Positions 30,891-40,625 of a DNA stretch of 64,000 bases are shown piece by piece. The stretch is taken from contig JAVJSW010000060.1 in the NCBI GenBank assembly GCA_040219255.1, positions 256,001 through 320,000 on the forward strand, given 5' to 3'. The translations under genes and the position numbers were made by a program. Numbering within the stretch: the first letter of the stretch is position 1; the number at the start of each line of letters is the position of its first letter. The notes beneath the pieces are model-generated. The model saw only the letters and a program-made list of their open reading frames with translations. It did no database searches and was not told the origin of the DNA. This stretch comes from Sumerlaeia bacterium (GTDB taxonomy: Bacteria; Sumerlaeota; Sumerlaeia; SLMS01; JAHLLQ01).

Positions 30891-31625
30891 ATGACAACGA
30901 CCCGATCCCGCCGCCGCGCGTTCACCGCCGTGGAAATCGCCATGGTGGCGTCCGTGATCGCGATTATCGCGCTCCTCATTCTGCCGCTTTACCGCTCGCG
31001 TACGACGGAAGCGCGCCTTGTGGGGGCGCAGGATGAAATGGCCTCCCTGGCCAAGGCGATGCTGCTGGTGGAGGCGGACATCGCCCGCGCGGTGCCGCTG
31101 CAGGCGCTCGACAACCGTTCGAGCCAGACGACCGGCGAGCCGCTGGCGGACATCCCCTACAGCGAACGCGCCCCGGAGTATACCTGGAACGGTCTGGAAC
31201 TCGAAGAGAGCGCCATCGACCGTCAGTGGAAGGGCCCCTACATCTCCTACAACAAGTCCACGACGATGGGGGAAATCCGGTCGCTCCAGCCCTGGCTGGT
31301 CGTGGAAAACGGCGGGCCCCTGTATTACGAGGACCCGATCAGCCCGCCGGCCGGTTCGACCAACAACGCGGCGGACGCGCTGGCGGACCGCTTCCCGCTC
31401 GATCCCTTCGGCAACCCCTACATTTTCTTCAGCACCGGAATCTATCCGCACCCAAGCGCCTTCGCCAGCTCGATCTACAACTCGCCGTACAATCAGGTCT
31501 GGTCCCTGGGGCCCGATGGCTTGCCGGGCGACGCGCCGACCTTTGGCAGCGCCGGCGACTATTACCCGACGCCGATCGGCCGCCTGAGCGAGACGGTGGG
31601 CGACGACATCCGCTACCGGTTCTAA
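30891..31625 (+). CDS. Enlarged GspG-like pseudopilin 2
   Basis: RRA|FTAVEIAMV; WKGPY; DPFGNPY; SLGPDGLPG; DDIRYRF. Confidence 0.85.
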   Translation: MTTTRSRRRAFTAVEIAMVASVIAIIALLILPLYRSRTTEARLVGAQDEMASLAKAMLLVEADIARAVPLQALDNRSSQTTGEPLADIPYSERAPEYTWNGLELEESAIDRQWKGPYISYNKSTTMGEIRSLQPWLVVENGGPLYYEDPISPPAGSTNNAADALADRFPLDPFGNPYIFFSTGIYPHPSAFASSIYNSPYNQVWSLGPDGLPGDAPTFGSAGDYYPTPIGRLSETVGDDIRYRF

Positions 31626-31721
31626 GGCGGCAACGTTGCGCCCGCACCCGACGGATTCACCCTGAACACGCACGACGCCGAGGAAAGGCTTCTTCCCCCA
31701 CTCATTCACGGGACGACCACG

Positions 31722-32504
31722 ATGAAACGAACCGCTTCTCATAAAGGCTTCTCGATCCTCGAGCTGCTGATCGCTCTGATTATCATCGGCATCCTGGCCG
31801 TGATCCTCATCCCGTTGGTTTCGAACCGGACGGAGGAGGCGCGCCGCACCGCCGCCCTCGCCGATCTGGAACGGCTGGCCAACGCGCAGGACCGGCTGGC
31901 GGTGGATATCGGGTACTACGGACGCCTGTTTTTTCTCAACGATGTTGGCAACCGCGCGAACGCCCAGCAGTTCCAGCGCGATTTCGATCCGGCCGATGGC
32001 ACGGTGGATAGCATCAGTTCTTACTTCGGTCCGGGGTCGAACTACTTCGGCAACATCAACCAGATCTTCATCGATCCAAACACGGGCAACCTGGTCGCCG
32101 CGGTGGTGGGATCGACGCTTCTCGGCAACATCAACGTGAACGAAACGGCGCTCAATTTCTACGGGCCGTACGTGAACTGGAACCGGGACGAGAACAGCTA
32201 CTCGCAGTCTCCGTTCGACGGCGGCGAAGGCACCGCGTACCTGCCGGACGGCATTCCGGACGATCCGTGGGGCAACAACTACGTGATCTTCACGCGGGCT
32301 GGGATGCTGCTGGAACCGGCGGGCATTTTCACCACCAGCGCCAGTTTCCCGCTCGGCCTGGGCGGCGTGACGGTCAGCAATCTGGACGAGGCCTTCGACC
32401 GGGCGACGCTGGTGAGCTTCGGCCCCGACGGACTGCCGGGAGACGGAGCGGGGACGCCGATCCCCGGAGAAGGCGACGACATTGTCCGGAACTTCGGGCA
32501 GTAA
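31722..32504 (+). CDS. Enlarged GspG-like pseudopilin 3
   Basis: HKG|FSILELLI; FYGPY; DPWGNNY; SFGPDGLPG; DDIVRNF. Confidence 0.85.
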   Translation: MKRTASHKGFSILELLIALIIIGILAVILIPLVSNRTEEARRTAALADLERLANAQDRLAVDIGYYGRLFFLNDVGNRANAQQFQRDFDPADGTVDSISSYFGPGSNYFGNINQIFIDPNTGNLVAAVVGSTLLGNINVNETALNFYGPYVNWNRDENSYSQSPFDGGEGTAYLPDGIPDDPWGNNYVIFTRAGMLLEPAGIFTTSASFPLGLGGVTVSNLDEAFDRATLVSFGPDGLPGDGAGTPIPGEGDDIVRNFGQ

Positions 32505-32631
32505 GATTTTCCGCACACTTGAAAAACCCGGTGATGCCATGTTGACGCGCCGGGCTTAGGATCACCACACTTCATAGGACAACGATCAGTTCCGACGGTT
32601 TCCCCAGTTTTTCGGAGGTTGGCACCATACA

Positions 32632-33429
32632 ATGAACCGTTTCTTCAAATCCCAGCGCAAAGGACTTTTCCTGCGCGCCACTACCCTAACGGAGCTTTTG
32701 GTCGTTTTGGCGATCATTTCGCTCCTGGCGACACTGGCCGTGCCGGTGTACGTACAAAAGAGCGAGCAGGCCCGCCGGGCCGTCGCCCGCGCCGAAGTGC
32801 GCGAAATCGCCAATGCGGAAGAAGCCGTGATCATCACGCACGGTTTCGTGGTTCCGATGCACGTCCTCGACAACGTGCCGAACCTTGACAACGGCGGCAC
32901 AGACGTTCGCGACGATTTCGAGAACGACTCGAACGACGGCACGAAATTCGTCATCGATCCCTTCATCCCGCTCGACGACCAGTTCGGCAGCCAGCAGACG
33001 CTCTCCTCGAGCGACGACAAGGTGGAGCGGATGATCGCTTTCTGGCAGGGTCCGTTCCTGAATCCGGGCCGCGTTTTCCAGGGCACCAGCGGCGACAACA
33101 ACACCGTCAACGCGAACCAGGAAGACATCTCGACGGATATCCTGCTGGATCCGTGGGGCCGTCCCTATCGCCTTTACAGCGACCTGGGTCTGACCGGCGA
33201 CGAGCCGGCTCCGTCGGCCATCAGCCAGATCGCGCTGACGACCAACAGCCGCGCCCGCAACTTCGACAATGGCCGTCTGACGAACGACGACGACCGTTTC
33301 GACCGCTTTGCGGTGCTCTCCTACGGCTCGAATGGCATCGCGGACGATGGCGTGGGCGGCGACCTGGACGACGACATCTTCTACACCTTTGGCACGGTGG
33401 TGAACGAAACGTCGTTCAACCTGTTCTAA
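32632..33429 (+). CDS. Enlarged GspG-like pseudopilin 4
   Basis: LRA|TTLTELLVVL; WQGPF; DPWGRPY; SYGSNG; DDDIFYTF. Confidence 0.85.
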   Translation: MNRFFKSQRKGLFLRATTLTELLVVLAIISLLATLAVPVYVQKSEQARRAVARAEVREIANAEEAVIITHGFVVPMHVLDNVPNLDNGGTDVRDDFENDSNDGTKFVIDPFIPLDDQFGSQQTLSSSDDKVERMIAFWQGPFLNPGRVFQGTSGDNNTVNANQEDISTDILLDPWGRPYRLYSDLGLTGDEPAPSAISQIALTTNSRARNFDNGRLTNDDDRFDRFAVLSYGSNGIADDGVGGDLDDDIFYTFGTVVNETSFNLF

Positions 33430-33480
33430 CCGGTCTCTCCTCGTCACTCTCCGCACCCTCTACCCCTGGACGGTCCTTTC

Positions 33481-34161
33481 ATGAAGCCCATTTCAGCCAA
33501 AGGCGTTTCGCTGCTTGAACTGCTGGTGGTCGTGCTGGTCGTGTCGATCCTGTCGACGATCGCCGTGGGCGTGTACAGCCGCGAACTGATCAAGAGCAAA
33601 GCGGCTCGCGCGCGTGCGGAGATCAGTGCGCTGGAAGTCGCGATCACGCGCTACCAACTCGACACGGGGCAATATCCCCCGTCGGGAACGAGCGGCGGCA
33701 CGTTCAATTTCCTGCCGGCGACCGATGTGCCCTATCAGGGTTCGGGGTCTCTGTACGGCGCTCTCATGCGGGGCGTCCTGGAAAACGCGGTCGATTCGGA
33801 TGCAGAGGTGACGCCGCTGTGGCAAGGCCCCTACATCGACTTCCGCGATAACACGGGGGTGTACGATTTCCCTTCGAACACCGTCATCGATCCTTCCGTG
33901 GCGCCGTCCGGCGCGGTCTACCAGACGCAGTTCCTCGATCCCTTCAAGAGACCGTACTACTACATCCGCTCGACCGATTACGATACGCTCGGAGGCACGC
34001 TGCTTCCCGCCAGCGATCCGCTCTTCACCATCGATCAGTTCTACAACCCGAGCACGTTCCAGCTCGTGTCCTTCGGCCCCGACGGCCAGTCGACGGTCAA
34101 CTCCGGCCTGATCGGGACCGATCCAGACGACTTGTCGAACTGGACCTCCTCTCAATTCTAG
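33481..34161 (+). CDS. Enlarged GspG-like pseudopilin 5
   Basis: AKG|VSLLELLVV; YQLDTGQYP; WQGPY; DPFKRPY; SFGPDG; DDLSNW. Confidence 0.87.
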   Translation: MKPISAKGVSLLELLVVVLVVSILSTIAVGVYSRELIKSKAARARAEISALEVAITRYQLDTGQYPPSGTSGGTFNFLPATDVPYQGSGSLYGALMRGVLENAVDSDAEVTPLWQGPYIDFRDNTGVYDFPSNTVIDPSVAPSGAVYQTQFLDPFKRPYYYIRSTDYDTLGGTLLPASDPLFTIDQFYNPSTFQLVSFGPDGQSTVNSGLIGTDPDDLSNWTSSQF

Positions 34162-34204
34162 GTTTTCCCTCCCGCCAACCTTCACTCCCGGATTCGGGAG
34201 ATTA

Positions 34205-34235
34205 GCCTCCGCCCTCGAAAGGTGGAGGCCTTTTT
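34205..34235 (+). terminator. Rho-independent terminator closing the pseudopilin cluster
   Basis: GCCTCCGCC-loop-GGTGGAGGC followed by CTTTTT. Confidence 0.75.
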
Positions 34236-34332
34236 CTTGTTTCGTACTTGCCCGGGGGCCGGAAAAGCGGTGTTAATCGCCGCGCCTCGCAGAGGCCCCT
34301 GCCCCTCCATTTTGCCGCGTTACGAGATTTCC

Positions 34333-35565
34333 ATGTTTGCTTCCTCACTCCGGACCGCCGTTCTGATTGCCGCTCTGCCCGTGGCGGTGGTGGCGCAAAG
34401 CGGCAACCGCGTTTCGAGTTCCGCTTCCACCACCGGCGAGCTGGTACAGACGGCGACTTCGACACCGACGCCGACTCCCACGCCAACGGTGACTCCAACG
34501 GCGACCGCGGGGCCCACGCCAGCGACCGAGACGCCCGCGCCGACGGCGACGCCGCCGGGCCGGCGGATGCCACTGGAATCGCCGGTACGGCCCACGCCCG
34601 AGGCAACTCCGGAGCCCTCCCGGCCGGCCACCCCGGCGGCCGAGACGCCGGTACCTTCCTTGCCGGAAGGGGCGGAGGAGGCGCGCTACTACTGGAGCCT
34701 GAAGGGTGGCGGCGAAGTAATCGGGCGGCTGATCAAGGACACACCGGAGCAGATCTTCATCGACGTGGGGCCGGATATCCTGGCGATTCCGCGCGGAGCG
34801 GTGGAGCGGCGGCTGACCCTGGCGGATTTGCTGTCGGGCCCGGCGCAGGAGCGTTCGGCGTTGGCGGGGGTCACGGAGGGGCGCGAGGGGAGCGGTTCGC
34901 TCCTGAGCCAGCAGGAAATGGTGGAGGATGTGAAGAAGGGCGTGGTGCTGATCGCGAATCCGCGAGGCCGGGGGTCCGGGTTCGTGTTGGATGACGAAGG
35001 CCGCATCGTGACGAACTATCATGTGGTGCGGGGCGAGAAATACCACACCGTCACGATTTTTCAGTTGCGCAACGGCCAATGGGAACGCGAGCGATTCGAA
35101 AACGTGGAGCTGGAGGCTTACAGCACGCTGTACGACATCGCGCTGCTGCGGCTCGACATGGACGAGGTGGGGGAGCGGGGTGTGACACTGAACGTGGTTC
35201 CCGTGGCGCAACCGGGCGCGCTGCGCGTCGGCGACGCGGTTTACGCCGTGGGCAACCCGGGTATGGGCGCCATGATGCTGGAGAGCACGGTGACGGAAGG
35301 GATCGTCAGCTCGCTCGATCGCAATTTCAACGATGTGATTTACATCCAGACGACGGCGCCGGTGAACCCGGGCAACAGCGGCGGACCGCTGATCGACAGC
35401 GACGGGTCGGTAGTGGGGCTGGTGACTCTGAAGGCCATCTTCCAGGAAGGCATCGCGTTCGCTCTGCCGGTCGAACTGTTGCGCCATTTCCTGGCGAATT
35501 CGAATTCTTACGCGTACAGCCAGCAGGCCCAGAACGACGGATTCCGTTATCACCGGCCGGAATAG
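34333..35565 (+). CDS. Secreted trypsin-like (S1C) serine protease without PDZ, with Pro/Thr linker
   Basis: GSGF, VTNYHV, YDIALL, VNPGNSGGPL. Confidence 0.9.
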   Translation: MFASSLRTAVLIAALPVAVVAQSGNRVSSSASTTGELVQTATSTPTPTPTPTVTPTATAGPTPATETPAPTATPPGRRMPLESPVRPTPEATPEPSRPATPAAETPVPSLPEGAEEARYYWSLKGGGEVIGRLIKDTPEQIFIDVGPDILAIPRGAVERRLTLADLLSGPAQERSALAGVTEGREGSGSLLSQQEMVEDVKKGVVLIANPRGRGSGFVLDDEGRIVTNYHVVRGEKYHTVTIFQLRNGQWERERFENVELEAYSTLYDIALLRLDMDEVGERGVTLNVVPVAQPGALRVGDAVYAVGNPGMGAMMLESTVTEGIVSSLDRNFNDVIYIQTTAPVNPGNSGGPLIDSDGSVVGLVTLKAIFQEGIAFALPVELLRHFLANSNSYAYSQQAQNDGFRYHRPE

Positions 35566-35601
35566 GCCGCACCTTCTCCCCGGACAATTCCCCCATTTAG
35601 G

Positions 35602-37449
35602 ATGAGTGCTATGAGTTATCTTCCCCGATTCCTGACGCGCCGGGCTTCGGCCTGGGCGATTTCCGGAGCGCTGTTGACCGCCCCCGCGGCCCTGACGGCG
35701 GACGAGCCGCTGCTGCGGATGCTGCCGGACGAGACCGTGGCGGCGGTGACGATCGCCGATGTGGAAACGTTGCGCGAGGAGTGGAAGCGCAGCATCTACG
35801 CCGAGGCGTGGGCCAGCCCGGAATTCAAGGGCATGCGCGAAGCGATCACGCAGGCGTGGGAGAAAGCGTCGGAGCGGGTCGAAAAGGACCTGGGGCTTTC
35901 GCTGGCGGATCTGTACGCGATGGCCGATGGCTCGGTCGGGATGGCGATTACGGAATTGGATTTCGAGACGGAAACGCCGCACGCGGCGATTCTCGTGGGG
36001 CTGGACAAGGAGAAGCGCGAAAACGCGGAGCGCGTTGTGGATCGGGCATTGAAGGAATGGATGCCGGACACGGCCAAGAAAAGCGCCAACGAAGTCGGCG
36101 GCGTGCGGGTGTTTTCCTTCGAATTCGCCGATTCGTCCTCGGCCAGGGAAGTGCCCGATGGATTGCGGGGTTTGGAGTTGGAAACCGAAGCGGGAACTCG
36201 CCTGATCCAGTACGCGTTCACCGACAGCCATTTCATCCTGGGCGAGGGCGCCGGCAAACCGGTGGAGAAGGTGCTGCTGACGATGTCGGGGCGGGACAAG
36301 GAAACGCTCGGGCAATCGAGCAAGTTCCGCCGCGAAGAGCAGCGCGTGAAAGACCTGGGTCTGATCCAGGGCTATATGGACGCGGGCAAGTTTTTTGGCG
36401 ACATGACCCGCATGAGCGAAGCCCCGGAAGAAGGCAAGAAGGCGTTCGAGGCGCTGGGCATTGCGAACCTGGGCGGGATCCTGATGATGTTCGACTTCGC
36501 CCCCAACGGCGCGACAACGCGCACCGGCCTTGGTGTGCCGGCGAACAGCGGGCTTTTGAGCACGATGCTCCGCGCGGGCGAACCGAACCGGTTGCAGTTG
36601 CTGGAGAAGACGCCATCGAATGCCATCGCTATGGGAAGCTGGACGCTGGACGTGGGGGTGCTGTGGAATTCCATCCGCGAATTGGTGAAGCAGACCCAGC
36701 CCCAGGCCGACGGGATGCTGAACGCGCAGTTGATGAACCTGCGCAATCAGTTCGGCGTCGATCTCGAGCGCGATATCCTGGATCACATCAAGGGCGAGCA
36801 CGCCTATTATCAGGTGCCTTTGCCTTCGGACCTGGCGCAGCGCCTGACGGAGGAGCAGCAGCAGTTCATGCCCGATTATTCCCAGGTGGTGATCCTCGGC
36901 CTGGAGAACGGTTCGGAAACGGCGAAGAGCATCAACACGCTGATGCAGAAGCTGACCGGCGATCCGTTCCAGTTGCCGCTGGAAAACCTGGATCAGCAGG
37001 GCTTCGCGCTGTGGGCGATGAAGCAGGACCCGGGTCAAGGGATGCCGATTCGGCCATGCCTGGGCGTGACGCCGGGGGGGCTGGTGTTGTCGTCGACACT
37101 GGAGGACGGGCAGGCGGCGATGCGGCGCCTGACGGGCGCGAGCAGCGATTCGCTGGCGAAGGACGAGAAGTTCCGGGCCGTGCGCGAGGTGCTGGGCACG
37201 AGCGACGGCGACCTGCGGGTGTTCAGCTATACGAGCCAGAAGGCCTACGAAGGGGCCTCGGACCAGATGCGCTGGATCGTCGAGGCGTTCAGCGGCGACC
37301 TGATTGCGCAGGGCATTTCGCTCTCGCCGGACGACATCCCACCGGCGTCCTGGTGGCGGCGGTACTTCCTCGGTTCGGGCCAGACGATCGTGCAGAACGA
37401 GAGCGGATTCCTGGCGGAGTACCGGATGCTGGCGCCGGAGGGGCAGTAG
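35602..37449 (+). CDS. Secreted hypothetical protein (DUF3352-like)
   Basis: Signal peptide then LLRMLPDET; second-half repeat LLEKTPSNA; GVDLERDIL..IKGE. Confidence 0.6.
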   Translation: MSAMSYLPRFLTRRASAWAISGALLTAPAALTADEPLLRMLPDETVAAVTIADVETLREEWKRSIYAEAWASPEFKGMREAITQAWEKASERVEKDLGLSLADLYAMADGSVGMAITELDFETETPHAAILVGLDKEKRENAERVVDRALKEWMPDTAKKSANEVGGVRVFSFEFADSSSAREVPDGLRGLELETEAGTRLIQYAFTDSHFILGEGAGKPVEKVLLTMSGRDKETLGQSSKFRREEQRVKDLGLIQGYMDAGKFFGDMTRMSEAPEEGKKAFEALGIANLGGILMMFDFAPNGATTRTGLGVPANSGLLSTMLRAGEPNRLQLLEKTPSNAIAMGSWTLDVGVLWNSIRELVKQTQPQADGMLNAQLMNLRNQFGVDLERDILDHIKGEHAYYQVPLPSDLAQRLTEEQQQFMPDYSQVVILGLENGSETAKSINTLMQKLTGDPFQLPLENLDQQGFALWAMKQDPGQGMPIRPCLGVTPGGLVLSSTLEDGQAAMRRLTGASSDSLAKDEKFRAVREVLGTSDGDLRVFSYTSQKAYEGASDQMRWIVEAFSGDLIAQGISLSPDDIPPASWWRRYFLGSGQTIVQNESGFLAEYRMLAPEGQ

Positions 37450-37664
37450 GGGTTCTCGCGGGCCGGGTAAGCCGCCGCGGAGAAAGCCGCAAGGTGGGGT
37501 CACATCGTGGTGAAGGGACGGGCGCATGGGCGGGGGCTTCCTGTTCGGTTGACTTCGGAAGGAGTCTCTCACAGGCGATTCGGTTTGTCCCCTCATGTGG
37601 AACTTCGGGAGCAAGAAAGACAAAAAAGACAAAACGGCGTTGTCGCTCTGGATTAAATTTAAAT

Positions 37665-37694
37665 TCACCACAGAGACACGGAGGGCACGGAGAT
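37665..37694 (+). repeat. Periodic repeat arm (family locus 3)
   Basis: TCACCACAGAGACACGGAGGGCACGGAGAT. Confidence 0.75.
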
Positions 37695-37989
37695 TGTTGA
37701 CGGCGTTGGGTATGGGTGGGGATTCGAAGGGGGCGGTTATGGGGTCGAACTGTGTGGGATAAGACCGGCCGTTCCTGTCTGTCGAAACTGGATGGCTTGG
37801 CGATCTGGCAGAAATGGAGAAATGCGCTGCCCGTTTTCGAGCAAGTGAAGCCCTGGCAGCGCGTGGTGGTGAGTAAGCCATGAAGGCAGGCGGGCCCGAA
37901 AGAGAGCCCTTGCCCGAAGTCTCGGTCCCCGGGAAAGGTGGCGCGCGCCATGGTTCTGACGCGCCAGACCTTTCCCGGGGAATTCTCCT

Positions 37990-39429
37990 ATGATCTTCAA
38001 GCAGTACATCGATGGCGAGTGGGCCGATGCGGCCAACGGCGGCACCTGGGAAGTGATCAACCCGGCGACGGAGGGCTCGATCGCGACGGTGCCCTTTGGC
38101 GACCGGGCCGACGCGGCGGCGGCGATCGCGGCGGCGGAGCGCGCCTTTTCCGCGTGGTCCGGCAAGACGGTTTACGAGCGGGCCGAGGTGTTGATGAAGA
38201 CGTCGCACCTGATCCGTGAGCGGCTCGAGGAACTGCACCCCATCAACACGGCGGAGAGCGGTAAGACCATCGGCGATTCGAAGGGCGATTGGCTGGCGGC
38301 GGCGGCGTTGTTCGAGTGGTTCGCGGAGGAAGGCAAGCGGGCCTATGGCCGCACGATCCCGGCCCGCAAACCGGGCAAGCGGCTGATCGTCCTGCGCCAG
38401 CCCATCGGCGTGGTGGGGACCATCACGGCGTGGAATTTCCCCGCCTACAACACGGCGCGGGCCTGGTCGGCGGCGCTGGCGGCGGGTTGCACGGTGGTCG
38501 GCCGACCGTCGGAATACACGCCGATGACGGCGATGGCGATGGTGAACCTGATGGTGGAGGCCGGGATCCCGGCGGGGGTGATGAACCTGATCAACGGCGA
38601 ACCAGGGCCGATGGGCCAGGAAATGATGGAAAACGTGGCCTGCCGCAAAGTCCACTTCACAGGGTCCACGCGGGTCGGGCGGCTGCTGATGGATGGCGCG
38701 TCGAAGACCATGACTCGGCTGTCGCTGGAGTGCGGCGGGAACGCGCCGGTGCTGATTTTCCCGGACGCCGACATGGACTTGGTGACGAAGGGGCTGGCGT
38801 CGGCGAAGTGCCGCAACGTGGGCCAGGTCTGCATTTCGCCCCAGCGCTTCCTCGTCCACGGCGACGTGCACGACGAGTTCGTCGAGCGCGTTCTGCCGCA
38901 GTTCGGCGAGTTGAAAGTGGGCGATGGGTCGGACCCGGCGACGACCGTGGGGCCGCTGATCAACGCGCGCCAGCGCGACCGGGTGGAGGAATTGGTAGCC
39001 AAGACCCGCGACGAAGGCGCCACCGTCCAGGCCGGCGGTAAGCGGCCGGACGACCTGCACCGTGGCTATTTCTATGAACCGACGCTGATGACGGGCGTCA
39101 CGCCCGAGAGCACGCTCTTCCGCGAGGAAGTCTTCGGCCCGGTGCTGCCGGTGACGCGGTTTGAGGACGCGGACGAGGTGATCGCCCTGGCGAACAAAAC
39201 GGAGTACGGCCTGGCCAGCTACGTCTTCACGCGCGACCTCGCCACCGCCATCCGCGCCGCCGAGGGCCTGGAGTTCGGCATCGTCTCGGTGAACGACTGG
39301 TCCAGCTCCACCATCGAAGGCCCCTTCCCCGGCTGGAAGCAAAGCGGCCAAGGGGCCGAATGCGGTCAGGAAGGGCTGGAGGAGTACCTGGAGACGAAGC
39401 TGGTGGGGATTGGGGGGCTTGGGTGGTAG
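37990..39429 (+). CDS. NAD(P)-dependent aldehyde dehydrogenase (succinate-semialdehyde dehydrogenase-like)
   Basis: ITAWNFP, FTGST, LECGGNAP, GQVCISP, EEVFGP, YGLASY. Confidence 0.92.
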   Translation: MIFKQYIDGEWADAANGGTWEVINPATEGSIATVPFGDRADAAAAIAAAERAFSAWSGKTVYERAEVLMKTSHLIRERLEELHPINTAESGKTIGDSKGDWLAAAALFEWFAEEGKRAYGRTIPARKPGKRLIVLRQPIGVVGTITAWNFPAYNTARAWSAALAAGCTVVGRPSEYTPMTAMAMVNLMVEAGIPAGVMNLINGEPGPMGQEMMENVACRKVHFTGSTRVGRLLMDGASKTMTRLSLECGGNAPVLIFPDADMDLVTKGLASAKCRNVGQVCISPQRFLVHGDVHDEFVERVLPQFGELKVGDGSDPATTVGPLINARQRDRVEELVAKTRDEGATVQAGGKRPDDLHRGYFYEPTLMTGVTPESTLFREEVFGPVLPVTRFEDADEVIALANKTEYGLASYVFTRDLATAIRAAEGLEFGIVSVNDWSSSTIEGPFPGWKQSGQGAECGQEGLEEYLETKLVGIGGLGW

Positions 39430-39450
39430 CCTAAGCTGAGTCAAACCAAG

Positions 39451-39473
39451 GTAACACGGGCGTCCCGCCCGTG
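39451..39473 (+). repeat. Single REP-like palindrome
   Basis: GTAA-CACGGGCG-TCC-CGCCCGTG shortly after the ALDH stop. Confidence 0.5.
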
Positions 39474-39652
39474 ACCGGCGGCGGTTCTTTTGCGCCCGGG
39501 GGTTTGGCAAAGGGCGGCTGATCGGGGCAGCTTACTGGAAACAGGGGTTATCGGCGCTCTTTCCGCCTGAAGGCGGGACTACGAACGGGGGCGCTGGATC
39601 GGGTTTTGCAACTTTCCGGGGGTGAAGAGAAATCCCTCTGGAGGTTGGGCTT

Positions 39653-39880
39653 ATGCCGTACAATTCCCGAAATCAATTGCCGGAGGCGGTGCAGAAGCAT
39701 CTGCCGCCGCACGCTCAGGACATCTACAAGGAAGCGTTCAACTCGGCGTTCGATCAGTACAAGAGCCCGAAGGACCGCAAGGGGGACGCCTCGCGCGAGG
39801 AAACGGCCCACAAGGTGGCCTGGAACGCGGTGAAGGGGAAGTATTCGAAGGGCGACGACGGGAACTGGCACCGGAAGTAG
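39653..39880 (+). CDS. chaB: ChaB family protein
   Basis: MPY...LPEAVQKHLPPHAQDIYKEAFNSA...AHKVAWNAVK. Confidence 0.95.
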   Translation: MPYNSRNQLPEAVQKHLPPHAQDIYKEAFNSAFDQYKSPKDRKGDASREETAHKVAWNAVKGKYSKGDDGNWHRK

Positions 39881-39918
39881 GCGGGCGCTAGGACTTGGCT
39901 CTTGTCCTGGATTGAATT

Positions 39919-40067
39919 TCACCACGGGGACACGGAGGCACGGAGATGTGTGAAGCGAGAGAAGTTACGTCAGCTCTTGATAAACTGAAGGGGCGTTTGA
40001 GCGGTTTGCCAGCCCCCCTCATCATGCAACTCTGTGTAACCTCTGTCCTCTGAGCCCTCTGTGGTGA
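39919..40067. repeat. Periodic inverted repeat (family locus 4)
   Basis: TCACCACGGGGACACGGAGGCACGGAGAT (39919) and CTCTGTGTAACCTCTGTCCTCTGAGCCCTCTGTGGTGA (40030), between convergent genes. Confidence 0.8.
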
Positions 40068-40079
40068 GCGGTTCGGTAT

Positions 40080-40625
40080 CTACGACTTGGCCTGATTCCA
40101 GGGCATCTTGCCCAGCACCATCGCCATGCCGCAGAAGCCGGTGAGGCCGGCGAAGAGCAGGCCGGCGCCGGCGAAGGCGGGGATGGCGAAGAAGCCGACG
40201 TGCACGAAGAAGCCGAGAGCGCTGCCAATCAGGATCAGGCTGCCGACGGTGATGTGGACCTGACGGATCAGGGGCAGCGTCTGGCGGCCCTTGACGGTGG
40301 GGAGGCCGGCGGCTTTCCAGGCTTCCGTGCCGCCTTCGACGAGGACGAGGTTTTCGGCCCCGGCGGCGGCGAGTTTGTCGCAGGCTTTGCGGGCGCGGGC
40401 GCCGCTCTGGCAGATGATGTAGGCGGGGGCGCCATCGGGCGTGGCGGCTTTCAGCTTCTCGGCGTCGATGGTGTCGAGGGGGATCGAAAGGGCGCCGGTG
40501 GCGTGCTCGGTTTCGAACTCGGCGGGGGTGCGGACGTCGATCAGGCGGGCTTTGGCGTCGGCCTTCAGGCGTTCGCTGGTTACCTGGGGCGAGAGGGTTT
40601 GCGTGGGGGCGGTGGTGGCGGTCAT
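40080..40625 (-). CDS. Rhodanese plus DUF2892 membrane protein (YgaP-like)
   Basis: LIDVRTPAEF, ICQSGAR, LIRQV...GLLFAGLTGFCGM...MPWN. Confidence 0.92.
   Translation of the reverse strand: MTATTAPTQTLSPQVTSERLKADAKARLIDVRTPAEFETEHATGALSIPLDTIDAEKLKAATPDGAPAYIICQSGARARKACDKLAAAGAENLVLVEGGTEAWKAAGLPTVKGRQTLPLIRQVHITVGSLILIGSALGFFVHVGFFAIPAFAGAGLLFAGLTGFCGMAMVLGKMPWNQAKS

Noticed and set aside
29905-34161. Silent pilin cassettes or shufflon for antigenic variation
   Set aside because: All five genes have their own prepilin N-terminus and are highly diverged; no shared recombination repeats or recombinase seen.
34345-39510. 1721-aa minus-strand ORF
   Set aside because: Antisense shadow of the protease, DUF3352-like and ALDH genes; no motifs; long shadow ORFs are expected at high GC.
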